A DNA stretch of 51,701 nucleotides from NCBI GenBank assembly GCA_017853605.1, contig JAFMJG010000002.1, positions 1-51,701 on the forward strand, written 5' to 3'. This document shows, one piece after another, positions 1 to 9,049 of this stretch. How positions within the stretch are numbered: position 1 is the stretch's first letter; each line of letters begins with the position of its first letter. The notes beneath the pieces were generated by a model. That model was not told the DNA's origin. It worked only from the letters and a program-made list of their open reading frames with translations, and did no database searches. This DNA is from a bacterium (GTDB lineage: Bacteria > Bdellovibrionota_C > UBA2361 > OMII01). Made by a program: the position numbers and the translations under genes.

Positions 1-1
1 C

Positions 2-770
2 AGCCCGACTACCACACCAACTAACACCCCAACCCGCACGCCAACTAGCACTCCGACCCACTCGCCATCGCCAACGGACACCCCGACCCGCACGCCAACG
101 CTCACGCCAACCGACACGCCAACTCACTCACCCTCGCCCTCTAACACCCCAACCAACACCCCAACCCCCTCCAGCACGTACACGAATACGCCGACTGATA
201 CGCCAACTCCCACCAACACCCCGACCGACACGCCAACCCCCTCAAGCACGCCAACGAGCACCCCCTCACCAACCGACACCCCAACGAGCACGTCGACTCC
301 CACCAACACCCCGACGCACACCCCTTCCGACACGCCGACTCACACGCCGTCCAACACGCCAACAGACACGCCAACAGCAACGCCAACGGTCGATTCCCTC
401 GCCACGGCAACGCCCACATCCACCCCGACTCCTTCTCCATCTCCGACCCCCACTAACACCGCTACCAGCTCAGCAACCAGCACGCCAACCAGCTCTCCCA
501 CAGGCACCCCAACAAGCTCCCCAACCAACTCCCCCACAGCCACTCCGTCAAGCTCGCCGACCAACACTCCCACAAGCTCCCCGACCGACACCCCCACGAG
601 CTCCCCAACCAACACTCCCACCAGCTCTCCGACAGACACGCCGACAGACACGCCAACCGACACCCCCACCAGCTCCCCGAGCAGCTCTCCAACTGCGACT
701 GGCACCGCCACGGCTACCTTCACCGGCACGCCCTCGGTAACGAGCTCTGCCTCCCCGACTCCGGAGCTGG
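2..770 (+). repeat. In-frame degenerate Thr/Pro(/Ser/Asp/Asn) low-complexity coding repeat
   Basis: Unbroken run of acN-ccN-acN codons, with acgccaac / gacacgcc motifs recurring every 12-18 nt. The opposite strand yields only Gly/Val-rich shadow ORFs. Confidence 0.85.
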
Positions 771-1864
771 GGCTGCCCGACTCAGACAGTGATGACGACG
801 GAATTCCCGACGATGTCGAAGGCGATGGCGACGGTGATGGGGACGGGGTGCCTAACAGCAGGGACCTCGATTCGGACAATGATGGGATACCCGACATCAT
901 CGAGGGCGGAGGTTCCGATGCTGATGGTGATGGTCGCGCCGACTCAAGTGCCGACTCCGATGAGGATGGGCTCGTTGACGAGTACGATTCGGACAGCGGC
1001 GGCACTGCACAGCCCGCACCTGACACCGACAGCGACGGCAAGCCTGACTTCCTCGACCGGGACTCGGACGGTGATGGGCTATCTGACACGATTGAGTCGC
1101 AAGGCAGCGAGGAGACTCGTGAGCCGAGCGGCAATGACAGCGATGGCGATGGAATTGACGACGCCTTTGATCGGGACTCCGGGGGCGAGGATTCATCGTC
1201 TCCTGATACCGACGGTGATGGCGTGCCTGACTTCCAGGATCCGGACTCCGACGGTGATGGGGTGCCTGACACCTCTGAGGCTTTTGACTTCGATGGTGAT
1301 GGGATCCCAGACGTGCTTCCTAGCGGAACTGATACAGACGGAAACGGCATCGACGACGCTTTCGACGCCTATGGCAGCGTTAGCGAGCTCAATCCAGAGT
1401 GGCGAACCCTGCCGTGGGAGCATCTGTGCTCACGCAAAAACTTTGGCCGAAAGAGCGCTGCCGTCTTGCGCGCCGTTGGCACCCTCAAGCAGCGTGTCGA
1501 AAACTTTGCGGCGCGGGCCAGGGGATGCGGAGGCCCTGATCTCTCAGTCGACATAGCGTCTGCGAAGGAATCCTCAAGGCGCACGGCGACTATCCTTGCA
1601 GATGCTTTTGGTGGCAGCACGTACTCCTGCCCGCCAAATGTGTGCCGCACGGTGAGCACAACCGCCGCGCACAGGGAGCTTTCAGCGGCCGCTCGCGTTT
1701 TGTACTCATCGGCGAAGCGCACCAAACTCACCGCAGGCACGGCGTGCAAACACCCTCCCCCCAAGCCTCGCACACCGAAGAAGGGAAAGAGCTCTGAAGA
1801 CTACCTTAAAGATCTCCTCGCAGCGCTCAAGGCGCTGCCGCGCCAGGTAACCCGGTGCCCCTAG
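2..1864 (+). CDS. 5'-truncated secreted/surface repeat protein: Thr/Pro-rich mucin-like region, about a dozen thrombospondin type-3-like Ca-binding Asp repeats, Cys-containing C-terminal domain
   Basis: Frame 2 has no stop from nt 2 and runs into tracked ORF 848..1864. Translation reads ...[21 protein letters not shown]..., then D-x-D-x-DG-(I/V/L)-xD units ([45 protein letters not shown]). Stop TAG at 1862-1864. Confidence 0.75.
   Translation, partial: SPTTTPTNTPTRTPTSTPTHSPSPTDTPTRTPTLTPTDTPTHSPSPSNTPTNTPTPSSTYTNTPTDTPTPTNTPTDTPTPSSTPTSTPSPTDTPTSTSTPTNTPTHTPSDTPTHTPSNTPTDTPTATPTVDSLATATPTSTPTPSPSPTPTNTATSSATSTPTSSPTGTPTSSPTNSPTATPSSSPTNTPTSSPTDTPTSSPTNTPTSSPTDTPTDTPTDTPTSSPSSSPTATGTATATFTGTPSVTSSASPTPELGLPDSDSDDDGIPDDVEGDGDGDGDGVPNSRDLDSDNDGIPDIIEGGGSDADGDGRADSSADSDEDGLVDEYDSDSGGTAQPAPDTDSDGKPDFLDRDSDGDGLSDTIESQGSEETREPSGNDSDGDGIDDAFDRDSGGEDSSSPDTDGDGVPDFQDPDSDGDGVPDTSEAFDFDGDGIPDVLPSGTDTDGNGIDDAFDAYGSVSELNPEWRTLPWEHLCSRKNFGRKSAAVLRAVGTLKQRVENFAARARGCGGPDLSVDIASAKESSRRTATILADAFGGSTYSCPPNVCRTVSTTAAHRELSAAARVLYSSAKRTKLTAGTACKHPPPKPRTPKKGKSSEDYLKDLLAALKALPRQVTRCP
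779..1368 (+). repeat. Tandem thrombospondin type-3-like (DxDxDGxxDxxD) calcium-binding repeats, coding
   Basis: Repeated gac/gat-rich units encoding D-S/T-D-G/N-D-G-I/V/L-P/S/D-D, spaced roughly 10-25 codons apart. Confidence 0.75.
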
Positions 1865-1880
1865 GGCTGCCGCGTCCCGG

Positions 1881-3008
1881 CTAGCTGCCGGTCTCGGCCT
1901 GCTCCCGCTGGCTGAGGAGCAGCTCTGTGCAGTAGAAAGCAAGCTCATCGAGCGCCTCTGTAAGCTTGAGGGAGCGCACGAACGCCGCCCCCCTTTCGCC
2001 GATCTCACGAGCCGCTTCGTCATTCGACTGTAGCCACGCGTGGGCATCATCGAAGTCAGAGAGGTCTTCCTTGAGGGCGATGTAGTGACGCCCCGGCACA
2101 AGCCTCCTGTGGTACCACTGCTCTATTTGGCTTGCGACCTTGAGAACAACTGATCCCATCGAGAGCTTCAGGAAGAGCGACCTCCATGCGCAGCTATAGC
2201 CGTCAGCGTCAACCATGTAGCGGTACTTGAAGAACTCCTTAAATGGCACCTCGTCATCAACAACGCCCGCTGCGAGCATGTCATCGAGCGCCTCACGCGG
2301 CAGGTGCTGGACCCTGGTAAACGCCGCATCGAGCCGGTCGGGCGCAGACAGCTTCCGTGAAAGCAGCACTAGCTTGCCGCGCGCTGTCTTGCGCCAGTCG
2401 GCACCCTCGATTCCGAGGCCAGTTGCCGCGCCGCGCCAGTAGGCCTTTGCCAGGCGTGAGCTCCACGGGTGAGCAGCATCGAGCTCGGCGTGGATCTTTA
2501 CGTCATCCTCATAGCCAGCAGAGCCGAGAAAGGAGGGATCGGGCATAAGCAGGGTGCAGGCATCTGTGCGATCTCGCCCGAAGGCCAGGATCGGGGCGCG
2601 CTGCGCGAGGGGCTGCGAGATGGGCCACATGCCATCTTCAAGCCAAACGATGAGGTCCCCCTTGAGGGAACGGAGCATGGGGTGCCGCGCAAGCTGCGAA
2701 AATACCGTGCCCACCGTCGGGTAGTGCCCCTCCTGCCGCGACCAGGTCTTGCTTGTAACGCGCAGCGACGCAGTGCCCTCTCCTGAAAAGGAGACCAGCG
2801 CCGCCATTGACTGGCTGTCGGCCTCCTTGCAAATCGAGAGGCAATCTTCGATCGTGTAGCCTCTCTCCCTCCAATAGGAGAGCTGCACAGAGTTGATTGC
2901 GGTGGCCTCTGGGTTCGGGGGGGGATCCCAGCGGGGCCGTGGCCGGGCGCTGCTCATCATGCAGCCATGGTAGCGCCAACCCTGCCGGTTCGCCAAGCGG
3001 CTCGACAC
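1881..3008 (-). CDS. Glycosyltransferase family 90 (CAP10 / LPS-modifying-like) protein
   Basis: 375-aa ORF. The C-terminal half has the GT90-type block ...FKEFFKYRYMVDADGYSCAWRSLFLKLSMGSVVLKVASQIEQWYH.... True start may be the Met pair at about 2960/2957. Confidence 0.65.
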   Translation of the reverse strand: MSSRLANRQGWRYHGCMMSSARPRPRWDPPPNPEATAINSVQLSYWRERGYTIEDCLSICKEADSQSMAALVSFSGEGTASLRVTSKTWSRQEGHYPTVGTVFSQLARHPMLRSLKGDLIVWLEDGMWPISQPLAQRAPILAFGRDRTDACTLLMPDPSFLGSAGYEDDVKIHAELDAAHPWSSRLAKAYWRGAATGLGIEGADWRKTARGKLVLLSRKLSAPDRLDAAFTRVQHLPREALDDMLAAGVVDDEVPFKEFFKYRYMVDADGYSCAWRSLFLKLSMGSVVLKVASQIEQWYHRRLVPGRHYIALKEDLSDFDDAHAWLQSNDEAAREIGERGAAFVRSLKLTEALDELAFYCTELLLSQREQAETGS

Positions 3009-3043
3009 GGTGCCGGGGGCTCACAGGCTACGGCACGCGGCGC

Positions 3044-3505
3044 TTAGGCCGCGCGGTGGAATCGGGCAGGGGAGCCGATGTAGATGCCTGGCTTGGTGAT
3101 GTCCTTGGTGACGACGGCTCCCGCGCCGATAACGACGTCATCGCAGATCGTGACGGGCAGGATAGTGGCTCCCGACCCTATAGAAACGCGCGAGCCGACC
3201 GAGGTTCCCTTCCAGTCAGCAGGGTCTCGTGAGGCGCCGCCCGTCCTAAAGAGGTCGTTCACGAACATCACGCCGTGAGCGATAAAGCAGTCGTCCCCGA
3301 CAGAGACCCCCTCGCACACAAAGGTGTGCGACTGGACCCGGGTGCGCTTGCCGATGGTGACTCCTTTCTGGATCTCAACAAATGGGCCGACAAACGAGCC
3401 GTCGCCGATCGCGCATCCGTAGATATTGGCAGGCTCAATGACCGTGACTCCCTCTCCGAACGAGACATCTTTTATTCCAACGTGAAGGAGCCGGGGAATG
3501 CCCAT
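3044..3505 (-). CDS. Left-handed beta-helix (hexapeptide-repeat) sugar N/O-acetyltransferase
   Basis: 153 aa with successive [LIV]-G-x-x-x-x hexapeptide turns (IGDGSFVGPFVEI, IGKRTRVQSH, VGDDCFIAHG, IGSGATILPV, IGAGAVVTKD). Confidence 0.8.
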   Translation of the reverse strand: MGIPRLLHVGIKDVSFGEGVTVIEPANIYGCAIGDGSFVGPFVEIQKGVTIGKRTRVQSHTFVCEGVSVGDDCFIAHGVMFVNDLFRTGGASRDPADWKGTSVGSRVSIGSGATILPVTICDDVVIGAGAVVTKDITKPGIYIGSPARFHRAA

Positions 3506-3577
3506 AGGCGAACCTCAAAGACGCAAACAATACGCGACGCAGCCCGGCGCGACGATCTGCGCCGCCAGCAGCGGGAA

Positions 3578-4309
3578 TCACGTCGCGAGACAGAAACCCT
3601 TGCCGTCAACCCGGGCAACCACCCAAGGCTTTAGCATTTCGTACCACCCCTTAAAAGGTTTAATTTTTGAGTAGCGCTTCCCCTGCCCCGGATAGCGCAT
3701 GGTGATCGGAACCTCGATGTGGCGGATTGATCGGTCGCGCAGCACCTTGCCGTAAAAGTAGTACTCAAACCCATATGTGTTGAGCCAGCTCGCGCGCCAG
3801 TTAAACTCTGCCCGCTTCAGCAGGTCGAGCCGGTACGCCTTGTAGCCGCACGTTGCGTCGGTCAGCCTCTCTCCGTACATGAGCTGGACAAATATGTTGA
3901 CCATCGGAATCGCCTGTTTTCGGAAGCCGGGAAGGTTTGGCGAGTCGCCGCCAGGAAGAAACCTGCTTCCGGTCACGTAGTCGGCCTGCCCCTCCAGGAC
4001 CGGATTAAGCACCCGTGAGAGCTCCGAGGGGAGCATCTTGCCGTTGCTCGCGATAACCGAAAACACCTCAAAGCCCCGCTCGAGCGCCCAGTCAGTTGCT
4101 TTTATGAAGCTGTGCCCCACCCCCAAGTTCTTCGGCAGGTCGATGTAGTCGTACCCACTCTCCCGAACGAGCCTCTCTGACCCGTCTGACGAGCCGTTGT
4201 TTACCAGGAGCACGGAGCTGCACGGCAGGGGCTGCGCCCGCAGCTCCTCCAGCACGCGGGGAAACTCCTCAATCTGGTTAAATACAGGTATAAACAGGAC
4301 ACTTTTCAT
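3578..4309 (-). CDS. Family 2 glycosyltransferase
   Basis: Start taken at MKSVLFIPVFNQ... (ATG at 4309), not the tracked 4489. GT2-like N-terminus ...LLVNNGSSDGS...LPKNLGVGHSF... followed by ...TCGYKAYR... Confidence 0.8.
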   Translation of the reverse strand: MKSVLFIPVFNQIEEFPRVLEELRAQPLPCSSVLLVNNGSSDGSERLVRESGYDYIDLPKNLGVGHSFIKATDWALERGFEVFSVIASNGKMLPSELSRVLNPVLEGQADYVTGSRFLPGGDSPNLPGFRKQAIPMVNIFVQLMYGERLTDATCGYKAYRLDLLKRAEFNWRASWLNTYGFEYYFYGKVLRDRSIRHIEVPITMRYPGQGKRYSKIKPFKGWYEMLKPWVVARVDGKGFCLAT

Positions 4310-4500
4310 GCTCACAACCCGCCTTCGCCCCTGCAGCCCCTTCCTAGGGCGACCCCACGGCGCCAGGCATCCTCCCCGGAGCAGGGTAATGCTCCAGCGG
4401 GGGTCCCGCAAGGAAGAGATAGCGCCCCCAAGCACCGATTTGATTAGGGTTTCAGCGGCGAATATACTCGCGATCGTACCGCCTGCCACCAGATGAGCGT

Positions 4501-5673
4501 ATGAAGGGAGACCACAATCGAAGCGAGGCGCGAATCACTGCTCTACTGTCGAGCCTGATCGCCTGCCGCTCAATTACCCCCGAGGATGCAGGGGCACAAG
4601 CCATCCTTGAGAAGCGCCTCGCCACGATGGGCTTCGCAATAACGCCCATCACGGAAGGCGAGAGCATCGCTTTCTGGGCCGAGCGCCCAGGACGGGGCCC
4701 CCTCTTTGCCTTCTCTGCGCACACCGACGTTGTCCCGCCCGGTGACCTTTCAAAGTGGTCCAGCGATCCCTTTTCCCCGACGCTCAGGGACGGCATCCTC
4801 TACGGCCGGGGCGCCGCTGACATGAAGGGCAACATCGCAGCTTTCATCGTTGCGCTCGAGGAGATCCTCGAGGAATCAGCGGCTCCCCTGTCGCTCTCGC
4901 TCGGGGTCATGGTCGCCGGAGATGAGGAGGGAGACCCGAACCGCGGCACCGCCAACATCGTGCAGCACCTTCGGGAATCCGGCAGGAAGCTTGACTACTG
5001 CCTCGTTTCTGAGCCCACCTCGGTCTCTGTGCTGGGCGACACCGTCAAGAACGGCCGGCGCGGATCGGCATACGGTGACATCACGATCCGCGGAGTCCAG
5101 GGCCACTCCGCATATCCAGAGTGGGCTGAAAACCCGATACACCGATCCCTTCAGGCGCTTCACGAGATCGCCTCGCACCGGTGGGACCGGGGGGAGCCGG
5201 AGGGCGCGCCAAGGACCTCTCTCCAGTTCACCAACATCTCGTCTGGCGCGGGCGCGAGCAACGTAATTCCCGGCTCGCTTGAGGCCTCGTTCAACATTCG
5301 CCACTCGCACCTCGTCCCGGAGAGCGAAATCCGGCGCGTCGTCGAGGGGATCCTCTCTGCCCACTCGCTCGACTTTTCGGTCGAGTGGTGCTTCTATGCC
5401 CAGCCCTTCTCTTGCCGGGGCGAGAGGCTCTTGGAGGCGGTGAGGCGCGTGATTAAGGAAGAGGCCGGCATTGAGGCCGCCTGTTCCTCCTCCGGCGGCA
5501 CATCTGACGCGCGCTTCATCGCCCCGATCTGCCCTGACGTCGTTGAGTTTGGCCTCGTCGGCGCCTCGATGCACGCTGTAAACGAGCACGCGTGCGTCGC
5601 CGACCTCGTGAGGCTGAAGGACATCTACAAGGGAATAGTCGCCAGCCTCAACGCCGCATCGGGTGGGGCCTAG
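4501..5673 (+). CDS. dapE: Succinyl-diaminopimelate desuccinylase (M20 peptidase)
   Basis: N-terminal region aligns by eye with DapE: ...SITPEDAGAQAILEKRL...FAFSAHTDVVPPGD...W..DPF.PT.RDG.LYGRGAADMKG... Confidence 0.85.
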   Translation: MKGDHNRSEARITALLSSLIACRSITPEDAGAQAILEKRLATMGFAITPITEGESIAFWAERPGRGPLFAFSAHTDVVPPGDLSKWSSDPFSPTLRDGILYGRGAADMKGNIAAFIVALEEILEESAAPLSLSLGVMVAGDEEGDPNRGTANIVQHLRESGRKLDYCLVSEPTSVSVLGDTVKNGRRGSAYGDITIRGVQGHSAYPEWAENPIHRSLQALHEIASHRWDRGEPEGAPRTSLQFTNISSGAGASNVIPGSLEASFNIRHSHLVPESEIRRVVEGILSAHSLDFSVEWCFYAQPFSCRGERLLEAVRRVIKEEAGIEAACSSSGGTSDARFIAPICPDVVEFGLVGASMHAVNEHACVADLVRLKDIYKGIVASLNAASGGA

Positions 5674-5679
5674 CGCGCC

Positions 5680-6795
5680 ATGCTTAGCCACCACGGCCAC
5701 GGCTCTCGTCCCGGGATTTACGCTCATGCGGCAGCGGCAACGCTGCCTGTGGCGCCCGAGCTGCGGACAGAGCTGGCGCGGCTGCGGGCCTGCGGCTTGG
5801 CGCAGGTGCGAAACAGCGATAGTCCGCTCACCGTCCCTGAGGCAGCCAGGATCATAGAGCTCTTCCGCTCGGTGTACGGCGACACCTACCCCCTGAGCGA
5901 GCTCTCATCGCCGGAGCGGCTCGTTGAAAAGACTCGCGCTGGGCACTGGCACTCATTCATTATCTTTGACTCCCCTGAGTCGATGCTCCCCATCGCCCAC
6001 GCCGGGCTCGCCGCGCTTGCCCCGGGCGAGTTCGAGCTCGGCAAGCTCGTTGTCTCTCCGGCAGATCAGGGCAAGGGGCTAAGCCGGCTTGCAACCGCAC
6101 AGCGCCTGGAGTTCCTGGAAGGGCTTGCCGCACAGGGGCTTGTTTCGGTTGTAACCTCTGAGGCGCTCACCTCGCACACGCGCAGCCAGCGAAACCTCGA
6201 CCGGGTCGGGTTCCTGCCAAACGGCTTCCTCTTTGACGTGTACAACGACTACTTTAGCCGCGGATCGCGCGAGACGGTGCTTAGCACGGCGCTGGTCGTC
6301 GGCCCCGCCGTGAGGGGGCACCGCAAGCTCTACATCCCCGAGAGGCTTGCGCCCCTCATCCGCACAGTTGCCGCTATTCACGGGGCCGAGCGCTCTGTCT
6401 CGCAGGATGGGCTCCCGCAGCAAGGGCTTGAGCATGCCGGCGAGCTCTCAGTTGATCTCTCGGATCGAGACACTTTTGGCGGAGCCTACGTCTCTGTAAA
6501 GGGCTGGGTCAGCCAGGACGAGCTGCGTGGCGCATGCATCGCCAATCCCGACCTTGAGGGGGCCCTCTTTGTGAGCGTGACGGTCGATGTCTCGCACCCA
6601 GCCGCGTGCCGGCAGCTTGAGTTCCTCTCGGAGAGCGGGTTTGTCTTCGGCTGCCACCTCCTTGGGCACAGCGTTGACTCTGTTGTCATGCAGCGAGCGC
6701 AGCCCTCGCTGGCTACGTCGGTGCGAGGCGTGCAGCTGCACTCGCCAGTGAGCCGCGAGCTCCTCGCGATGATTCGCCTCGTTGAGGGGTTCTAG
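5680..6795 (+). CDS. GNAT-family N-acetyltransferase with extra C-terminal domain
   Basis: 371-aa ORF 7 nt after dapE. Acetyl-CoA-binding-like motif ...LVVSPADQGKGLSRLATAQRLEFL.... Start position uncertain. Confidence 0.55.
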   Translation: MLSHHGHGSRPGIYAHAAAATLPVAPELRTELARLRACGLAQVRNSDSPLTVPEAARIIELFRSVYGDTYPLSELSSPERLVEKTRAGHWHSFIIFDSPESMLPIAHAGLAALAPGEFELGKLVVSPADQGKGLSRLATAQRLEFLEGLAAQGLVSVVTSEALTSHTRSQRNLDRVGFLPNGFLFDVYNDYFSRGSRETVLSTALVVGPAVRGHRKLYIPERLAPLIRTVAAIHGAERSVSQDGLPQQGLEHAGELSVDLSDRDTFGGAYVSVKGWVSQDELRGACIANPDLEGALFVSVTVDVSHPAACRQLEFLSESGFVFGCHLLGHSVDSVVMQRAQPSLATSVRGVQLHSPVSRELLAMIRLVEGF

Positions 6796-6809
6796 CAGCA
6801 CGTCCCGGC

Positions 6810-7442
6810 CTAGGGCGCCAGCAGTGCGGCTGAGACCTTCTCGGGGCTGAACTCGACCCCGGCGAAGTAGCGGCGAACCTCCCCGCTTGGGCTCACAATG
6901 AAGATCGCCGAGCTGTGCTCGAGCTCCCGATCCGCATAGCGCACCCGAAAATCGAGCTCCCGATTTATAGCTTCAATCGTGGCTGCGCTGGCTGTCAGGA
7001 AACTCCAGCCAGCGGCAGATCCCCCCTTCTTCCTGAGCCGCTCGAGAATCTCGGCGCGCTTCTCTCGGGCCTCTGCTGGCCCCTCGGAGGGATTAAAGCT
7101 GTAGCTCACAACCGAGTAGTCCTCGCCGAGCCTAAGCTTCATAGAGCGCACAAGCTCGATGATCCCGCCGAAGGTGAGCCCACACAGCCGCGGGCACCTG
7201 TAGAAGATCGGCGCCAGGATGAAAGGCTTTCCAGCCAAGGCAGCGGCCCCAAGCGTTGTGGGAGCGCCCTGCTCATCAACAAAAGGGAGCTGCATGCCTA
7301 CCATCGCGCCCTTCTTGGTGAAGATCCCCATCCGTGGCTGCTGCGGGGCGGCGTGCCCGCATGGGCAGCTCACCAACGCGGCGAGAAACACCACAACAGC
7401 CGCCCGTGCCGCGTCCACCGGCTTAAGGATCGCTAGCTGCAC
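6810..7442 (-). CDS. SCO1/SenC family copper chaperone (thioredoxin fold)
   Basis: N-terminal membrane anchor, then ...FILAPIFYRCPRLCGLTFG... (CxxxC) and a downstream ...LEHSSAIFIVSP... block typical of SCO proteins. Confidence 0.8.
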   Translation of the reverse strand: MQLAILKPVDAARAAVVVFLAALVSCPCGHAAPQQPRMGIFTKKGAMVGMQLPFVDEQGAPTTLGAAALAGKPFILAPIFYRCPRLCGLTFGGIIELVRSMKLRLGEDYSVVSYSFNPSEGPAEAREKRAEILERLRKKGGSAAGWSFLTASAATIEAINRELDFRVRYADRELEHSSAIFIVSPSGEVRRYFAGVEFSPEKVSAALLAP

Positions 7443-8893
7443 TGCCTTCCCTGCATCATGCGGCTGTTGTCAACGGCGCTTGGGTCGCTCGGGTCAAACA
7501 CGACGATATTCTGCATCATCCCGCCATCCTCGTGCTCCAGGATGTGGCAGTGATACACGAAGCGCCCCACCTGTGTCGGGCTGGTGAAGGGTATGATGAT
7601 CGTCGTCGTCCCTCCCGTCTCGATGTCAACCGTGTCCTGGTAGCCGATGAACTCCTCTGGCCTGCCGTTCTTCGCAATGACCTGAAAGTCTGTCTGGTGG
7701 ATGTGAAAGGTATGAAGCTCCTGGGAGTTGTTGACCAGCTCCCACTTCTCGACTGAGCCAAGCGGCACCGTCACGTCGTCGCGGCTCGGGCTGTAGAGCT
7801 CCCCATTGATAAAGAACTGCCCAGCGTCGTTGTTTTCGCTGAACACCATGCGGCGGCTGCGCGTGAGCGGCAGCGTCCTCAAGTCTTTGGAGGGAACAAG
7901 CGTGTCGGGCGCCACTACAGGCTCCTGCTGCGAGCCTGACACGATCAAGGTCCCAAGCAGCTCCTCCGGCGTTGGATCGCCGTCAGGGCCAGTGTCCACG
8001 GCCAGCGTTCGGAAGGCATACGATCCAGGGGCGCCGCCGGTGACGAGAAACTCAGTGCGGGCCCCCGGCGGAAGGATTAGCCTCTGCTGCGGATTCGGGC
8101 GAGTGCGGATGTTGCCGTCACGCACGAGCTCCACCATCTCGTGGCCATCGATTGAGAGCTGGTAGAAGAGGTTTGCGCCCATGTTCCCCACCCGAAAGAA
8201 CTGGGTTTCTCCGGGCTCAATTGCAATTGTCGGCTTTGAGATCCCGTTTATCGTGCGCAGCGTGGGCTTGGCGTAGTCAGGCGTGGTTACGGTGCCGTCC
8301 TCTGAGGCCTGCACGTCCTTGAGTATCATCACTCGCTCCTTCAGGCCGAGCAGGAAGGGAAGCTTCTCGACGATGCCATCGACGATGAGGCCCCCGGAGA
8401 GGCCGTTGAACACCTGCGTCTCTGCAAGCCCCATCATGTGGGAGTGGTACCAGTTAAGCCCTGGCGACTGTCCGGACGGTATAGAGATCGTGTAGTCGAA
8501 GCAGTTCTCAGGCTCGACCTGGACAAAGACATTGTCCGAGTTCCCCTGCGGCGAGACGTTCATCCCGTGGTAGTGAACGTTGGAGGGCTGGTTGGCTGAG
8601 AGGTTCCGCAGACGCAGGTTAATAATCCCTCCGGCGCTTGCGCGCAGCACCGGGGCAGCGTAATCGCCGTTGTAGACGTTTGAGGTGAACTCCAGCTCCC
8701 CTATCCTGTTTTTCTGCCCTGAGATAGTGAGCTCAACGTTGAGGCTCCCCGAGGCGCTGCGGTACTCTGAGGGAGACTCAAATGTCTCTGAGGAGGAGCC
8801 TCCACTGCCGTTGCACCCGCTCGCAAAGAGTGCGGCTGCTGCCACGCAGCACGCCACCAATCCATTCCGTGAACCCGTGCAGATCGCCCTCAT
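7433..8893 (-). CDS. Multicopper oxidase, lipoprotein-type signal
   Basis: Four copper-ligand motifs: HYHG, WYHSH, HTFHIH, HCHILEHEDGGMM. N-terminus ...AAALFASGCNGSG (lipobox). 3' end overlaps the SCO1 start by 10 nt. Confidence 0.9.
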   Translation of the reverse strand: MRAICTGSRNGLVACCVAAAALFASGCNGSGGSSSETFESPSEYRSASGSLNVELTISGQKNRIGELEFTSNVYNGDYAAPVLRASAGGIINLRLRNLSANQPSNVHYHGMNVSPQGNSDNVFVQVEPENCFDYTISIPSGQSPGLNWYHSHMMGLAETQVFNGLSGGLIVDGIVEKLPFLLGLKERVMILKDVQASEDGTVTTPDYAKPTLRTINGISKPTIAIEPGETQFFRVGNMGANLFYQLSIDGHEMVELVRDGNIRTRPNPQQRLILPPGARTEFLVTGGAPGSYAFRTLAVDTGPDGDPTPEELLGTLIVSGSQQEPVVAPDTLVPSKDLRTLPLTRSRRMVFSENNDAGQFFINGELYSPSRDDVTVPLGSVEKWELVNNSQELHTFHIHQTDFQVIAKNGRPEEFIGYQDTVDIETGGTTTIIIPFTSPTQVGRFVYHCHILEHEDGGMMQNIVVFDPSDPSAVDNSRMMQGRQCS

Positions 8894-9049
8894 GAGTAGC
8901 CCTCCATGCCGATGACTTGCTGAGTTATAGCGGGAGGATCTCCCTGCGTCGAGCAGATCCCGGCCAGGAGGCGGGCAGCCGGGTCGTTTGGCGGGCGTAG
9001 GGGTCCTGCGGCTGAAGGGATGCTCCCTTCAGCCGCTGACAAAAACCTC

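Noticed and set aside
340-1350. 336-aa minus-strand ORF (plus 124..333, 141..440 and 462..692) across the repeat region
   Set aside because: Translations are Gly/Val/Ser/Pro low-complexity mirrors of the plus-strand T/P and Asp repeats. The plus-strand frame is open to the window edge and has recognisable TSP3 motifs, so these are shadow ORFs.
4876-5727. 283-aa minus-strand ORF inside dapE
   Set aside because: Antisense shadow of a well-supported DapE.
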